Shown here: piece by piece, positions 20,435 through 30,880 of the stretch
Position numbering within the stretch: position 1 is the stretch's first letter
Layout: every line of letters starts with the position of its first letter
From: an uncultured Verrucomicrobiae bacterium
Lineage (GTDB): Bacteria; Verrucomicrobiota; Verrucomicrobiia; Chthoniobacterales; UBA10450
Assembly: GCA_963828355.1 (NCBI GenBank)
Contig: CAWHFD010000012.1
Coordinates: forward strand, 28,935-92,934
Direction of reading: 5' to 3'
DNA: 64,000 nt
Notes under the pieces: generated by a model
What the model was told of the DNA's origin: nothing
Database searches by the model: none
The model's input: only the letters and a program-made list of their open reading frames with translations
Translations under genes and position numbers: made by a program

Positions 20435-20498
20435 GACTTTTGTGAAGTGTGCCCTTAACGATGGCCATGGAACAGCATTTTCACATCGATTGGTTTGC

Positions 20499-21816
20499 CT
20501 AACCAGTACTTCTGCGCTGTGCGAGTCGATACATTAAAGGTCCCGTAGCAATAGCCACAGCGGCGCCGATAACTGCTGGCAAACCGTATTCAGCGTCGGC
20601 GAATGAAACACCGATCACGCCCACTAACACCAGCATTGGCAGTGCAGCGAGGACTGCCACACCTGTGCGGCCCAGCGGAATTCGGAACACGCCGCGCAGT
20701 GACGGTTGGGTTTTGCGAAGTTGAACCAGGGCGCCGAACTCGAGAAAAAGCGCCAGCGAATACAGGAGCACATCCGCAACGACGAGTTTGCTGAAAGCGA
20801 CAAGAGCAAAAAGCGAGTAGAAAACGGCTGACACAATGACAGCCGTTCGCGGCGTACCGTGCACGTCCAGCTTCGCCAGAGTTTTCGGCAGCAAACCATC
20901 GCCCGCGAGCACGAATGGAATTCGTGAGTAGCCAAGCAGCAGCGCATTGAATAGTGCAAGCGCGCTGACCATTCCGCCAAGTCCGATCCAGATTGCGATC
21001 CATCGGCCGGCAGTTACCGGCCGCCGAGGCGGCGATCTGCGGCCAACCTCCTTCAGTCCACGTGATCCAATCGCTTGCACCGAGCGTGGTGAGCAATGGA
21101 ACGAAGTAGCCGAGCGTGACAAGCGGCAGCGCGAATGCGAGCGCGCGCGGATACGTGCGTGACGGATCTTTTACTTCGCCCTGGACAGTCGACGGGTTAT
21201 CCCAGCCGATATAATTCCAGAGCGCAACCGAGATACCAACGGCCAAACCGCCGAGTCCGTGAGCGTGTTCCGATGCAAACGGTTGCCACGGAATGTGAGT
21301 GATGCGCCGTGCACTCGCGACTGACAAGGCGAGAAAGCCGAGCATGATGAAGCAGCCGGCGATGATTGAAGTGCGACTCACGTTCACCGATCCGCGGACG
21401 TTGATCCATGCTGCGCCCCAAATAATCGCAAGCGAGATGAGCCATTCCACTCGCGCGTCCAATCCGGGGATGAAGTAGCGAAGATATTGATTGAACAGCA
21501 CGGGATAGATCGCCATGTCCACTAGCGAATACATCCACGTGAGCCAGCCATTTTGAAAAGCCCAGAAGCGCCCGAACGCGCGATCGACCCAGCGGTAATA
21601 ACCCCCTTCTTCCGGCAACATGCTCGCGAGCTCGCCCACAATAAGCGCTTCCGGCACAGACCATACCAGGGGAACCAACGCCAAAATCAGCAGGCCCAAC
21701 CCGGGCCCGACTGAGTGGATCAACGTCTCGGTGGTGTACGGGCCGCCTGACGTGGAAAAGAAGAGAACAAAAACGAGGCCGAGCGTTCCGATTCCGCGTG
21801 GAAGTTTTTGCCTCAT
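20499..21816 (-). pseudogene. frame-disrupted APC-family amino-acid permease
   Basis: The upstream ORF is permease-like up to ...GGWPQIAASAAG and then turns to Arg-rich nonsense. The downstream ORF becomes permease-like at ...GRWIAIWIGLGGMVSALALFN. The junction is near 21.00 kb. The likely true start is MRQKLPRGIG at 21816. Confidence 0.7.
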
Positions 21817-22027
21817 TGTCACGCCAAATGTCTCAGGAAAGCAAGGAACGCAGGAAACTCTTTCGGATTCACCGGCGAAGTCCCACAAATCGCAAAGACT
21901 TTGTTTCGTTCTTTCGCTGCATGGGCTCTGCATTCTTGTGGTAACCGGACCCCTCCGCAACATTGTGTCCGTCATGATCCTTTGTGATCTTCGTGTGCAA
22001 ATTGACAGATGCGGTTAGGCTGTTTTT

Positions 22028-22654
22028 ATGTCGCGACTGACAAGATTGCTGATCGGCGCAAACGTTACTGTTTTCGCCTTGGAAGCGATATCCGGCCCAG
22101 GGTTCCTTGCCAGGTTCGCGCTCTGGCCCGTTGGCCATTTTATTGTAGCCCAGTTCGACGGTCCCGTCGGGTTCAGGCTGTGGCAGTTGATCACGTGCGG
22201 CTTTCTTCATGCGAATTTCCTTCATCTGGCGATTAACATGTACGCGCTCTGGATGTTCGGCTCTGATGTTGAACGCGCTATTGGCCCACGGCACTATCTG
22301 ATACTCTATTTTGCTTCTCTGCTTTCTTCGAGCGCGACTCAGTTGGGAGTGGTATCGATGATGACAAGTACGGGTGTTTATCCCACCGTCGGCGCCTCCG
22401 GCGCGATCTTCGGAATTCTGCTGGCGTTCGGCATGCTTTTTCCGCGCCGCACCATCGTCCTGCTGATTCCGCCAATTCCGATGCCGGCGATCGTCTTCGT
22501 GATTCTTTACGCCCTTCTTGAACTGTTCAGCGGAGTTTTCGGAACTGACCAAGGCGTCGCACACTTTGCGCATCTTGGCGGGATGATGGGCGCTTATCTT
22601 ACGCTTCGGCATTGGCGGAAGCGCGAACGCGCCGTTTACTACTCCCAGGTTTAG
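22028..22654 (+). CDS. rhomboid-family intramembrane serine protease
   Basis: GASGAIFGIL (catalytic Ser) and AHLGGMMGA (His) motifs. About six TM helices. Confidence 0.85.
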   Translation: MSRLTRLLIGANVTVFALEAISGPGFLARFALWPVGHFIVAQFDGPVGFRLWQLITCGFLHANFLHLAINMYALWMFGSDVERAIGPRHYLILYFASLLSSSATQLGVVSMMTSTGVYPTVGASGAIFGILLAFGMLFPRRTIVLLIPPIPMPAIVFVILYALLELFSGVFGTDQGVAHFAHLGGMMGAYLTLRHWRKRERAVYYSQV

Positions 22655-23802
22655 CCAGCACGTTTGCTACAACCGTCGCTCTGGTGGAGTGATCAGCTGC
22701 GATCGCATCATTCGCGTTTCTTGTGCGCCGCAATTGAATTGATCAGACTAATGATCGTGCTAAGCGGGTGAAAAATTGGCCTGCCTTATGGAGCTGGAAT
22801 CGACGCTCCGAGGTCGAACTTCGATGCCACGCTAAACGCAACGACCTCAAGCGCGGCGAATCAGGGAGCCACGCGCACACTTGCGCACGCTTGAGACTTT
22901 GGACCGCATCTCGAACGAGGGATCGTGAACAACCTCTGGAGTGGCAACGGAAAATCTCGCCAAGGCGAAATAGCGGCACCCTGTCAGGGGCGCGAAACTT
23001 TGGCATGAAAGCCAATGAGCATGGAGGCAACTCTGAAGCGTGCACCTTGCCGTCTATGCCAAGTGACGCGCGCCGCATCACAGAGGCAGATCGCATCATA
23101 AGCAATCGCGTTTCGAGAGCTGGGAACTCACCGAGGGGCCCTGTTGCAGCAGCCGTCGCGACTCGGAAGCCGTTCCCTGTTCGCACGCTCATGGTTTGTT
23201 TCACGATCTGGCTGATTGCCACCCAGGCCATGATTTTCGACCAGGTCAAATTTGATGAACGTGCTCACTTACTCGAGCAAGCAACTCGGTCGTTTGGCGG
23301 GCCGCAGGTGTTACTCTCGAACGAACGACCATCCAACCTGCCAAGCGACGCAAGGGCGCAGAGATTATGAAATATACAAACGCCGATCGAATGAATCTGC
23401 CCATTCGAGAATTACTACGGGCGGAAAGCTGCGGTGGCGTGATGAATTTTTGCGCACGATGGCAAACTGCTGTCGAAACCGCGTCGGGTCACGCGTTACA
23501 GAAGCTCCGTCTGGAGTTGGCGCCTGTTTCAGAATTACTTCTCACCTCAACGCATAGGAACAATGACAATGATTGCAGTATTAATATTGTGCGGCCTTCT
23601 CATTTGCCTTTTTCGGCTTGATTTGGACCATGCTGGGAGTCAGGGTTGATCCGCCACCGAAGGACGTCACCAAAAGGCGTGGCCACAACTAATTCCTTCG
23701 AGCGAAATAGTGCCGGCTCAGTTGGAAATCTCAGGAACTGTCATAAACCGATGAGATGAAAACAGCCAGGGTCGTGATCGCCCGTGGCGTGTTCGACCGG
23801 GC

Positions 23803-25269
23803 ATGGACGAGGCAACACGGAGAACCCGAGCAGAGTGGATGAGCGTCCACGTCGCGCGACGCAGGTCTGTTTATGTGATCGCGCTATGCTGCGTAGCTGC
23901 GATCGGAGGCTTCCTCTTCGGGTTCGACAGCGGCGTGATTAACGGCACCGTTGATGCCCTGGCAAAAGCCTTCGGCACTGATGCGGCTGGGACAGGCTTC
24001 GCCGTTGCATCAGTGTTGCTGGGCTGCGCAGTTGGCGCCTTTGGCGCAGGCAGGCTGGCTGACTCTCTCGGACGGCGACCGACGATGCTCTTGAATGCGA
24101 TCCTGTTTCTCGTGACCGCTGTGGCGACAGGTGCCGCTAACTCCCCTGCATTCTTCATCGCGGCGCGGATCACAGCCGGTATGGCCATCGGCGGCGCCAG
24201 CGTATTGGCGCCGATGTACATCGCGGAGGTCGCTCCGGCGCATATGCGTGGCCGGCTGGCCTCGCTGCAGCAAATGGCCATTGTAGTGGGGCTGTTTAGT
24301 GCCTTTCTCAGCAATGCGATTCTCGCCAGGGTTGCTGGCGGAGCTAGTGAGATCCTTTGGTTCGGGGCGCCGACATGGCGCTGGATGTTTTGGATGGAAG
24401 CAGCGCCGGCTGTCGCATTCTTGTTAGGTAGCATGACAATTCCCGAGTCGCCGCGCTATCTGGTCTTCGTCGGCAAACACAAGCGAGCACGAAAGATCTT
24501 CACACGAATTGGTGGCGATGCCGATGAACTGGTACGGCAGGTCGAACAAAGCCTCGAGGCCGAACGCCGCCCACGGCTGTCGGATCTTATTATTCCCGGA
24601 ACGAGGCGTATCGCGCCGGTGCTGTGGGTAGGAATAGGTTTGGCTGCTTTCCAGCAATTGGTTGGTATCAACATTATTTTTTATTTCGGTGAGATTTTGT
24701 GGAAAGCAGCGGGCGCAACTGAACAGTGGGCTCTGCGCATTAACGTGCTCACCGGCTTGGTAAACATCCTCGCCACGATCCCGGCCATCATGCTCATTGA
24801 TCGGACCGGACGGAAACCGTTGCTGCTGGTAGGATCAGTGGGAATGACTCTGACGCTCGGTGCAATGGCGGCTGTATTCGCGACCGCCGGTACAGGCCCT
24901 GACGGCAAGCCAGTGCTAAGTCACATCGCCGCCGTGGCCGGACTTACGGCGGCAAATCTGTACATCGTTGCGTTCGCCGTGTCATGGGGCCCGGTGATGT
25001 GGGTGTTGTTAGGCGAAATGTTTCCCAACGAAATTCGGGGAGCTGCTCTTGCCATTTCTGGCGCCACCAATTGGGTGGTGAATTTTGTCGTCACCGTTAG
25101 TTTTTTACCGCTGCTGAAGGCAGTTGGTTTGACCGGCGCTTACGCTTTCTACGCGATAGCCGCAGCGATCTCGCTCCCCTTTGTTTGGCTTACTGTTTGC
25201 GAGACAAAAGGCAAGACGTTGGAACAGATGACGAACACTGCGGATCTGGAAGCGCGAACGGCGCAGTGA
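23803..25269 (+). CDS. MFS sugar porter (sugar:H+ symporter family)
   Basis: GFLFGFDSGVINGT, GRLADSLGRRP, PESPRYL and PETKGK-like (CETKGKTLEQM) signatures. Confidence 0.88.
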   Translation: MDEATRRTRAEWMSVHVARRRSVYVIALCCVAAIGGFLFGFDSGVINGTVDALAKAFGTDAAGTGFAVASVLLGCAVGAFGAGRLADSLGRRPTMLLNAILFLVTAVATGAANSPAFFIAARITAGMAIGGASVLAPMYIAEVAPAHMRGRLASLQQMAIVVGLFSAFLSNAILARVAGGASEILWFGAPTWRWMFWMEAAPAVAFLLGSMTIPESPRYLVFVGKHKRARKIFTRIGGDADELVRQVEQSLEAERRPRLSDLIIPGTRRIAPVLWVGIGLAAFQQLVGINIIFYFGEILWKAAGATEQWALRINVLTGLVNILATIPAIMLIDRTGRKPLLLVGSVGMTLTLGAMAAVFATAGTGPDGKPVLSHIAAVAGLTAANLYIVAFAVSWGPVMWVLLGEMFPNEIRGAALAISGATNWVVNFVVTVSFLPLLKAVGLTGAYAFYAIAAAISLPFVWLTVCETKGKTLEQMTNTADLEARTAQ

Positions 25270-25392
25270 AGTCGTGGAAGAACACGTTCGTTGCATTGTC
25301 GATCTTCGGTTAATCGGTTCGCCCCCGTCCTCGCAGCGTGCGCTAAGGACTAAATTGTCGCCACGCGCGATATGCTAAGCGAGAGTGCTCGC

Positions 25393-26544
25393 ATGGCTCA
25401 CCTCTTCGATCCGCTCACGATTCGCGATGTCGAATTTGCCAACCGCGTCTTTGTCTCGCCGATGTGTCAATACTCGAGCACTGACGGGCTGGCTAACGAC
25501 TGGCATCTTGTGCATCTCGGCAGCCGCTCGGTCGGTGGCGCGGGACTGGTCATGACAGAAGCGACCGCGGTTTTGTCCGAAGGCCGCATTAGTCCGCAAG
25601 ACCTCGGCATCTGGAGCGACGATCACGTCGAGCCGTTGCGGCGCATTGTTCGTTTCATTCACGAGCAAGGCAGCATTGCGGGGATGCAACTGGCGCACGC
25701 GGGGCGTAAGGCAAGCACGCGCCGGCCGTGGGAAAGTGACGGTGCGGTTCCGGAGAGCGAAGGCGGCTGGAAAAACGTTGTGGCGCCGAGCGCGATTCCG
25801 TTCACCGAAAATTATCCCAAGCCGCAGGCGCTCACGCGCGGTGGCATTGGCGAAATCGTCAATGCCTTTGCCGCGGCGGCGCGTCGCGCTTGCGATGCCG
25901 GTTTTCGCGTAATCGAGATACACGCCGCGCATGGCTATCTTATTCACGAATTTCTTTCGCCGCTAAGCAATCAACGCAACGACGACTACGGCGGCTCGTT
26001 TGAAAATCGCACACGCATGGTGCGCGAGCTCGTGCAGACCGTGCGCGGCGCCTGGCCGAAAGGTGCGCCGTTGTTCGTGCGCATTTCTGCGACAGATTGG
26101 GTCGAACGCGGCTGGGATTTGGAACAATCGATCGCGCTCGCCCGCGAGCTGAAACAACTTGGTGTCGATCTGATCGATTGTTCGTCCGGCGGCAGCGTGC
26201 CGCATGCGAAAATCCCCGTTGGCGCCGGTTATCAAACACCGTTCGCGCAGCGCATTCGCGAAGAAGCTGAAATTCTCACCGGCGCCGTCGGCATGATCAC
26301 CTCGCCCGCGCAAGCCGAACACATCATCAACACTGGGCAAGCCGACGCGATTCTGATGGCGCGCGAATTTCTGCGAGAGCCGTACTGGCCCTTGCGCGCC
26401 GCGCAGGAACTTCGGCAATCGGTTTCATGGCCGGTGCAATATCTCCGCGCCGCGTCGGGAGACGCGCACGCGCGTGTTCCCGTTAATCTCGACAAACTGA
26501 AATCCTGCTTCGAAGAACAACACGCCATCCCCGAGCGGCGTTGA
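25393..26544 (+). CDS. NADH:flavin oxidoreductase (Old Yellow Enzyme, YqjM/NamA-like)
   Basis: FANRVFVSPMCQYSS...DWHLVHLGSRSVGGAGLVMTEATAV...QLAHAGRKAS. Confidence 0.88.
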   Translation: MAHLFDPLTIRDVEFANRVFVSPMCQYSSTDGLANDWHLVHLGSRSVGGAGLVMTEATAVLSEGRISPQDLGIWSDDHVEPLRRIVRFIHEQGSIAGMQLAHAGRKASTRRPWESDGAVPESEGGWKNVVAPSAIPFTENYPKPQALTRGGIGEIVNAFAAAARRACDAGFRVIEIHAAHGYLIHEFLSPLSNQRNDDYGGSFENRTRMVRELVQTVRGAWPKGAPLFVRISATDWVERGWDLEQSIALARELKQLGVDLIDCSSGGSVPHAKIPVGAGYQTPFAQRIREEAEILTGAVGMITSPAQAEHIINTGQADAILMAREFLREPYWPLRAAQELRQSVSWPVQYLRAASGDAHARVPVNLDKLKSCFEEQHAIPERR

Positions 26545-26729
26545 CCAACTTCGATCGTGAACCGAGTCAAAGACTCGACGGTCCCCAGTTCTTCGCCTTC
26601 AATAAGTGATAGGATCGCGAAGATAATTGAATCGATTCGAGAATGACGACATCTCCTGCCTCTGCGCCCGCAACTTCGATTTACTCGACTCAATTGACAG
26701 AAGGACCGACCTGACAAAAGATCGCGCCG

Positions 26730-27767
26730 ATGATCTCACGCAGTTTCGCGGCGCCTTTGGCATTTTTGCTGTTGTCGGTTATCGCGAATGCGCAAAACGC
26801 CGCTCGGCGCACAGAAGTCTTGGCGTTGCCTTATCGCGTTGTGCCGAATTTCTTCCAGTTGCCTAACGAATGGCATTTCGGCGAGGTCTCCGGCGTGGCG
26901 ATCGATTCGCAGCGCCACATCTTCGTCTTTCAGCGCGCCGCGCCGATGCTCTCCGAGTTCGATACGAATGGGAAGTTTGTGCGCGAGATCGGGGCCGGTC
27001 TATTCACTCATCCACATGGGTTGCGCATCGACGCACAGGATAACATTTGGACGACGGATGACGGCAGCCATTTGGTACTAAAATTGAATCACGATGGCCG
27101 GCCACTTCTGGTTCTGGGACGAAAAGGCGTCGCGGCTGAGGCTAACTGGCTCTTTAACGAGCCGACCGATGTCGCGTTCGACAAAGCTGGCAACATCTAT
27201 GTCTCCGACGGCTACGGAAATTCACGCGTGATGAAGTTCGATCGCACCGGGCAGTTCCTGAAACAGTGGGGCAGCTATGGCGATAAGCCAGGGCAGTTCG
27301 ACCTGCCACACACGATCCTCATCGACAAAGACGAGCGGGTGTACGTCGGCGACCGCGAGAACAAGCGCATCCAGATTTTCGACGCGGACGGCAAGTTTCT
27401 GAAGCAATGGACCGGCGTCGGCTATCCGTACGGTCTCTGCTTCGGGCCCAATGGACACATCTGGATGGCCGACGGCGGTTATGATCGAATCGTAGAGCTG
27501 GATGAGAACGGCAACATCATCGGCGCGATCGGCGAACCGGGTCACGCCCCGGGGCAATTCGCTTGGGCGCACTTCCTCGCTTTTGATCCTGACGGCAGAT
27601 TATTCGTCGCCGATGTCCTGAATTGGCGCGCGCAGGTTTTTGCTCCGACCAATGAACAGCCCGGCGTGTCGAGCTACATTCCGACTGTGCGCAAGTTCTG
27701 GAACCAGAAGCGGAGTAACGGGTGGGAAAGCCACCACGCGAACGCGCCGCTGCCGAAAGAGAAATAG
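26730..27767 (+). CDS. secreted NHL-repeat six-bladed beta-propeller protein
   Basis: Signal peptide followed by repeated units of the form ...GxFxxPHGLxIDxxDxIWxxD. Confidence 0.75.
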   Translation: MISRSFAAPLAFLLLSVIANAQNAARRTEVLALPYRVVPNFFQLPNEWHFGEVSGVAIDSQRHIFVFQRAAPMLSEFDTNGKFVREIGAGLFTHPHGLRIDAQDNIWTTDDGSHLVLKLNHDGRPLLVLGRKGVAAEANWLFNEPTDVAFDKAGNIYVSDGYGNSRVMKFDRTGQFLKQWGSYGDKPGQFDLPHTILIDKDERVYVGDRENKRIQIFDADGKFLKQWTGVGYPYGLCFGPNGHIWMADGGYDRIVELDENGNIIGAIGEPGHAPGQFAWAHFLAFDPDGRLFVADVLNWRAQVFAPTNEQPGVSSYIPTVRKFWNQKRSNGWESHHANAPLPKEK

Positions 27768-27857
27768 CTTCCCGTTGAGGCGAGAATCTTGTGACGGAGG
27801 GTAGTTACAGATCAGCTGGTGACTGTTGGCAGCTTAACGTGACAAATTGGTATTCGT

Positions 27858-28406
27858 CTAGGTCACCGCTTTCGGAGCGCTCAGGCTTTTGCCGTAGAAC
27901 CCGGACCTATCGAAGCAGCAAGGGCGTCGCTTCCCAGCAGCTAGCTTCGAGCAGGCATTTTTGATCCGGCGTGCGCGCGTCTCTTCCTGCTTAGCGGAGG
28001 TGATCCAGTGGATCCAATCCCTGCGCGCGATGGGCGTGATGTCCGACCACAATTTTATCGCCTTCGGGACGGCGGCCGCGAGAGCTTTTCTCAGTTCTGC
28101 CGGCACCGTGGGTTCCGGTTCCTCTGATGCGGGCGCGATCTCGAGGGTGACAACATCGCCTGCGTCTGCGCCTGCGGCTTTGGACATCTTTCGGTCCACT
28201 TTAAGCCAGTGGCTTTTTTGGCCGTCTGGCTCGAGCATCGCTTGAAAAGCGTAGCCATTGATGGTGCCTTCGATCGCCGTCATGCCCCGCGAAGGAAGCT
28301 TCGCGCTGGCGCTCTTGGGCAGGATGAGAAAGGTCCAAGACTCGCCCTTCTTGCTCTCTGCCGGCCGGGAGAGCCTTGCTTTGAAATGAATCGAGCTTTT
28401 GTTCAT
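27858..28406 (-). CDS. DUF1905 + YdeI/OmpD-associated-family protein
   Basis: N-terminal DUF1905-like barrel (TFLILPKSASAKLPSRGMTAIEGTINGYAF) and a C-terminal YdeI-like helix bundle (RRDWIHWITSAKQEETRARRI). Confidence 0.7.
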   Translation of the reverse strand: MNKSSIHFKARLSRPAESKKGESWTFLILPKSASAKLPSRGMTAIEGTINGYAFQAMLEPDGQKSHWLKVDRKMSKAAGADAGDVVTLEIAPASEEPEPTVPAELRKALAAAVPKAIKLWSDITPIARRDWIHWITSAKQEETRARRIKNACSKLAAGKRRPCCFDRSGFYGKSLSAPKAVT

Positions 28407-28444
28407 TTGCCTGGTGTCATCATTTAACTAGACGGCGTTTCGAC

Positions 28445-28846
28445 CTACAATCCCGTTTTCAAGCGTCTCTTCATGTCGGTGTATGCAGTTTCGATTAGCT
28501 TCCCAAGCGCGGCGATCTCGACACCATGTTCGGGCCTGAGTTTTACATGGCGCATAAACTTGCCATTACCCTCCATTATATGATGGGGGTCGGCAATCTC
28601 AGCGCCCCGAAAGAACCCGACATTGACGTGAGCTTTGAACACATTGACGTAGCCGAATGCCGCATCAGCTACACACGCAGTCGGATGACCGTCATGCAAT
28701 AGCTCTCGAACGTCGTCTCCGCAGGCGCGCATGACCTCAAACCAGCGCTGTGCGATCCCTCCCAATTGACCGGAATGTTTGTGCATCCAGACCTCGATCG
28801 CTGGATCTCGCTTAACCGCACTTGGAAACCGCATAAGTTGGCTCAT
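28445..28846 (-). CDS. DUF1801-domain protein
   Basis: Pattern ...FGYVNVFKAHVNVGFFRGAEI... is typical of the YdhG/DUF1801 fold (from memory). Confidence 0.6.
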   Translation of the reverse strand: MSQLMRFPSAVKRDPAIEVWMHKHSGQLGGIAQRWFEVMRACGDDVRELLHDGHPTACVADAAFGYVNVFKAHVNVGFFRGAEIADPHHIMEGNGKFMRHVKLRPEHGVEIAALGKLIETAYTDMKRRLKTGL

Positions 28847-28945
28847 GGCAATTGCATTTGAATACGCGGCTTAATCCGATCGCTGCTTTCGCGTAAAAGG
28901 GTTCCCCTCACGCGGTTCAGGCGTAAACATTTCTTTGCTCTAACC

Positions 28946-30622
28946 CTAATGACCGCGTGAGGCGGAGCCTTTTACGCGGAATTCGCTTTCTGATTTCCAT
29001 TCAGGAAACTTATCGCCATTGGCTACTTCGTAACCGACTTCGAATAAAAGTTGAACATCTTGCACGGCGCCAGAGAGGTCCCAATCGGGACGAACTTCGT
29101 CGGACGGTTGGTGGTAATCTGTCGAGTCAAATTCGTCGGAACGGAGTGGCGCGGTCTCGGGACGGGAGAGAAGATGTTCACCTTTGCCGATGTAAAGCGA
29201 GGGCAGGCCGGCCTTCGAGAATTCGAAATTGTCAGCGCGATAAATCTTGCCTTTGTCAGGACGGCTGTCCGGGATCGCGCTGCGACCCTGCTGTTTGGCC
29301 GCGGCGGCGAGAAGATCGTCGAGCATAGAAAAACCAAAGCTGACATCCTCAATATCGCGCGCTTTTCCCCAGACGTTCATGCTATCGAGGTTGATGTCCG
29401 CCAATGTTTTCTCCAGGGGATAGAGCGGGTGCTCCGCATAAAATTTAGCACCGAGCAATCCCGCTTCTTCGGCTGTCGTTGCCATGAACAACACCGAGCG
29501 TTTCGGCGGCGGATTTACTTTCATGAAGGCAGCCGCGAGTTCGATGACGGACGCAACACCTGATGCATTGTCGATCGCACCGTTGAAAATCTGATCGCCC
29601 TGCAATTCGGGATGTCGTCCAAGATGATCCCAGTGCGCGGTGTAGATAACGTATTCACTGTTTAATTTTGGATCGCTGCCTTCGAGTTTGCCGATAACAT
29701 TGTGCGATTTGATCGCTCGAATCTGCTGTTGGATGTGAATGTTGGCTTTGGCATTCAGGACCACGGGTCGAAAATCTTTGGTGATCGCAGATTTCTTGAG
29801 GGCATCGAAATCCTGGCCGGAGTCGGCGAATAATTTCCTGGCAACCTCCAAAGTGATCCACGACCGCGCGGACACGGCGTCCATGTTCTTGTTCGGATTG
29901 TCGAGCTCAACGTTTTCTTTGCCCCAACTCGATCTCACCACTTGCCACGGATAGGCCGCGGGTTCGGTCTCGTGGATGATGATCGCAGCAGCCGCGCCTT
30001 TTTGCGCTGCGATTTCGTATTTGTAAGTCCACCGACCGTAATACGTCATGGCCTTACCCTTAAACATTTTGTCATCGAGTTTTGACGGATCTTTTGGATC
30101 GGGAACCGGTGGATCGCCGATTAACATCAGCAGCGTTTTGCCGCGTACATTGACATTTTTGTAATCGTCCCAACCGTACTCCGGCGCGACAACGCCATAT
30201 CCGACAAAGACCAGATCTGACTTCTCGATCTTGATCTCCGGCTGGAGCCGCGCCGATGAAGCAACGAAATCATCTGGATATTTTAGATCAATCGTTTTAT
30301 CGCCAACGATAAAGGACATTTGCGGTTCGCTTTCGATCCCGGCGAGGGGAACTTCCTGAACGTATGTCCCGTCGGGATTCCCCGGCTTTAACCCGATCTT
30401 TTTGAACTGACCGGTGATGTATTTGACCGAAAGTTCTTCGCCTTTTGTCCCCGGCGCGCGCCCCTCGAATTCGTCCGACGCGAGAACTTTGATGCGTGCA
30501 AGCAGACCGTCCGGCGTGATCGCCTTAAGCGCCGGCTGCAAACGCTCCTTTAATTCGTCACTTCCAAAGAGCCACGTCGCGGCGGGGAAAGAGATCGCGA
30601 GTAGCAAGCACGAAATTTTCAT
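28946..30622 (-). CDS. secreted M28-family metallopeptidase with PA domain
   Basis: Signal peptide plus metal-ligand motifs HWDHLG, NGAIDNASGVASVIELA and TAEEAGLLGAKFY. Confidence 0.85.
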   Translation of the reverse strand: MKISCLLLAISFPAATWLFGSDELKERLQPALKAITPDGLLARIKVLASDEFEGRAPGTKGEELSVKYITGQFKKIGLKPGNPDGTYVQEVPLAGIESEPQMSFIVGDKTIDLKYPDDFVASSARLQPEIKIEKSDLVFVGYGVVAPEYGWDDYKNVNVRGKTLLMLIGDPPVPDPKDPSKLDDKMFKGKAMTYYGRWTYKYEIAAQKGAAAAIIIHETEPAAYPWQVVRSSWGKENVELDNPNKNMDAVSARSWITLEVARKLFADSGQDFDALKKSAITKDFRPVVLNAKANIHIQQQIRAIKSHNVIGKLEGSDPKLNSEYVIYTAHWDHLGRHPELQGDQIFNGAIDNASGVASVIELAAAFMKVNPPPKRSVLFMATTAEEAGLLGAKFYAEHPLYPLEKTLADINLDSMNVWGKARDIEDVSFGFSMLDDLLAAAAKQQGRSAIPDSRPDKGKIYRADNFEFSKAGLPSLYIGKGEHLLSRPETAPLRSDEFDSTDYHQPSDEVRPDWDLSGAVQDVQLLFEVGYEVANGDKFPEWKSESEFRVKGSASRGH

Positions 30623-30880
30623 GCTCGTTCTGTAGCGGCCCTTCGCGACCGCCGCAAATCTATCCGGACGATTGTACTCGGAATGAGCCGGATTCGAATC
30701 TTTTCAAAAGTTTCATCGCCACCTGCATGACACTGGCTCTTCTGGCGGGGAATGGAAACGATGTTCGCACCTTCGCCATCTCAATGCGAAGCCGATCAGG
30801 ATCATCAATCCCTCGAAAGACAGATGGCGCAACCTCATGTTCCCGCTCGACATCTAAACGTCAGCGGCGATAAGAAAAGT

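Noticed and set aside
22780-22870. The sequence ggagctggaatcgacgctcc resembles the GGATTCGACG region at the 5' end of tmRNA.
   Set aside because: The segment pairs with itself as a local hairpin. No tRNA-like 3' end (T-arm plus CCA-proximal acceptor) and no tag ORF ending in a hydrophobic Ala-rich tail plus stop could be found within 400 nt.
22743-23370. A 168-aa minus ORF and a 200-aa plus ORF as real genes.
   Set aside because: They are mutually antisense, have no motifs, show biased Arg/Ser composition and lack a plausible RBS. They are reported only as part of an unexplained non-coding gap.
30752-30880. A 43-codon N-terminal extension of the RND adaptor given in the ORF track.
   Set aside because: The extension precedes a canonical lipoprotein signal peptide (MRRIVLVSAVLVCSSWFVAC), so the ATG at 30881 is the more plausible start.
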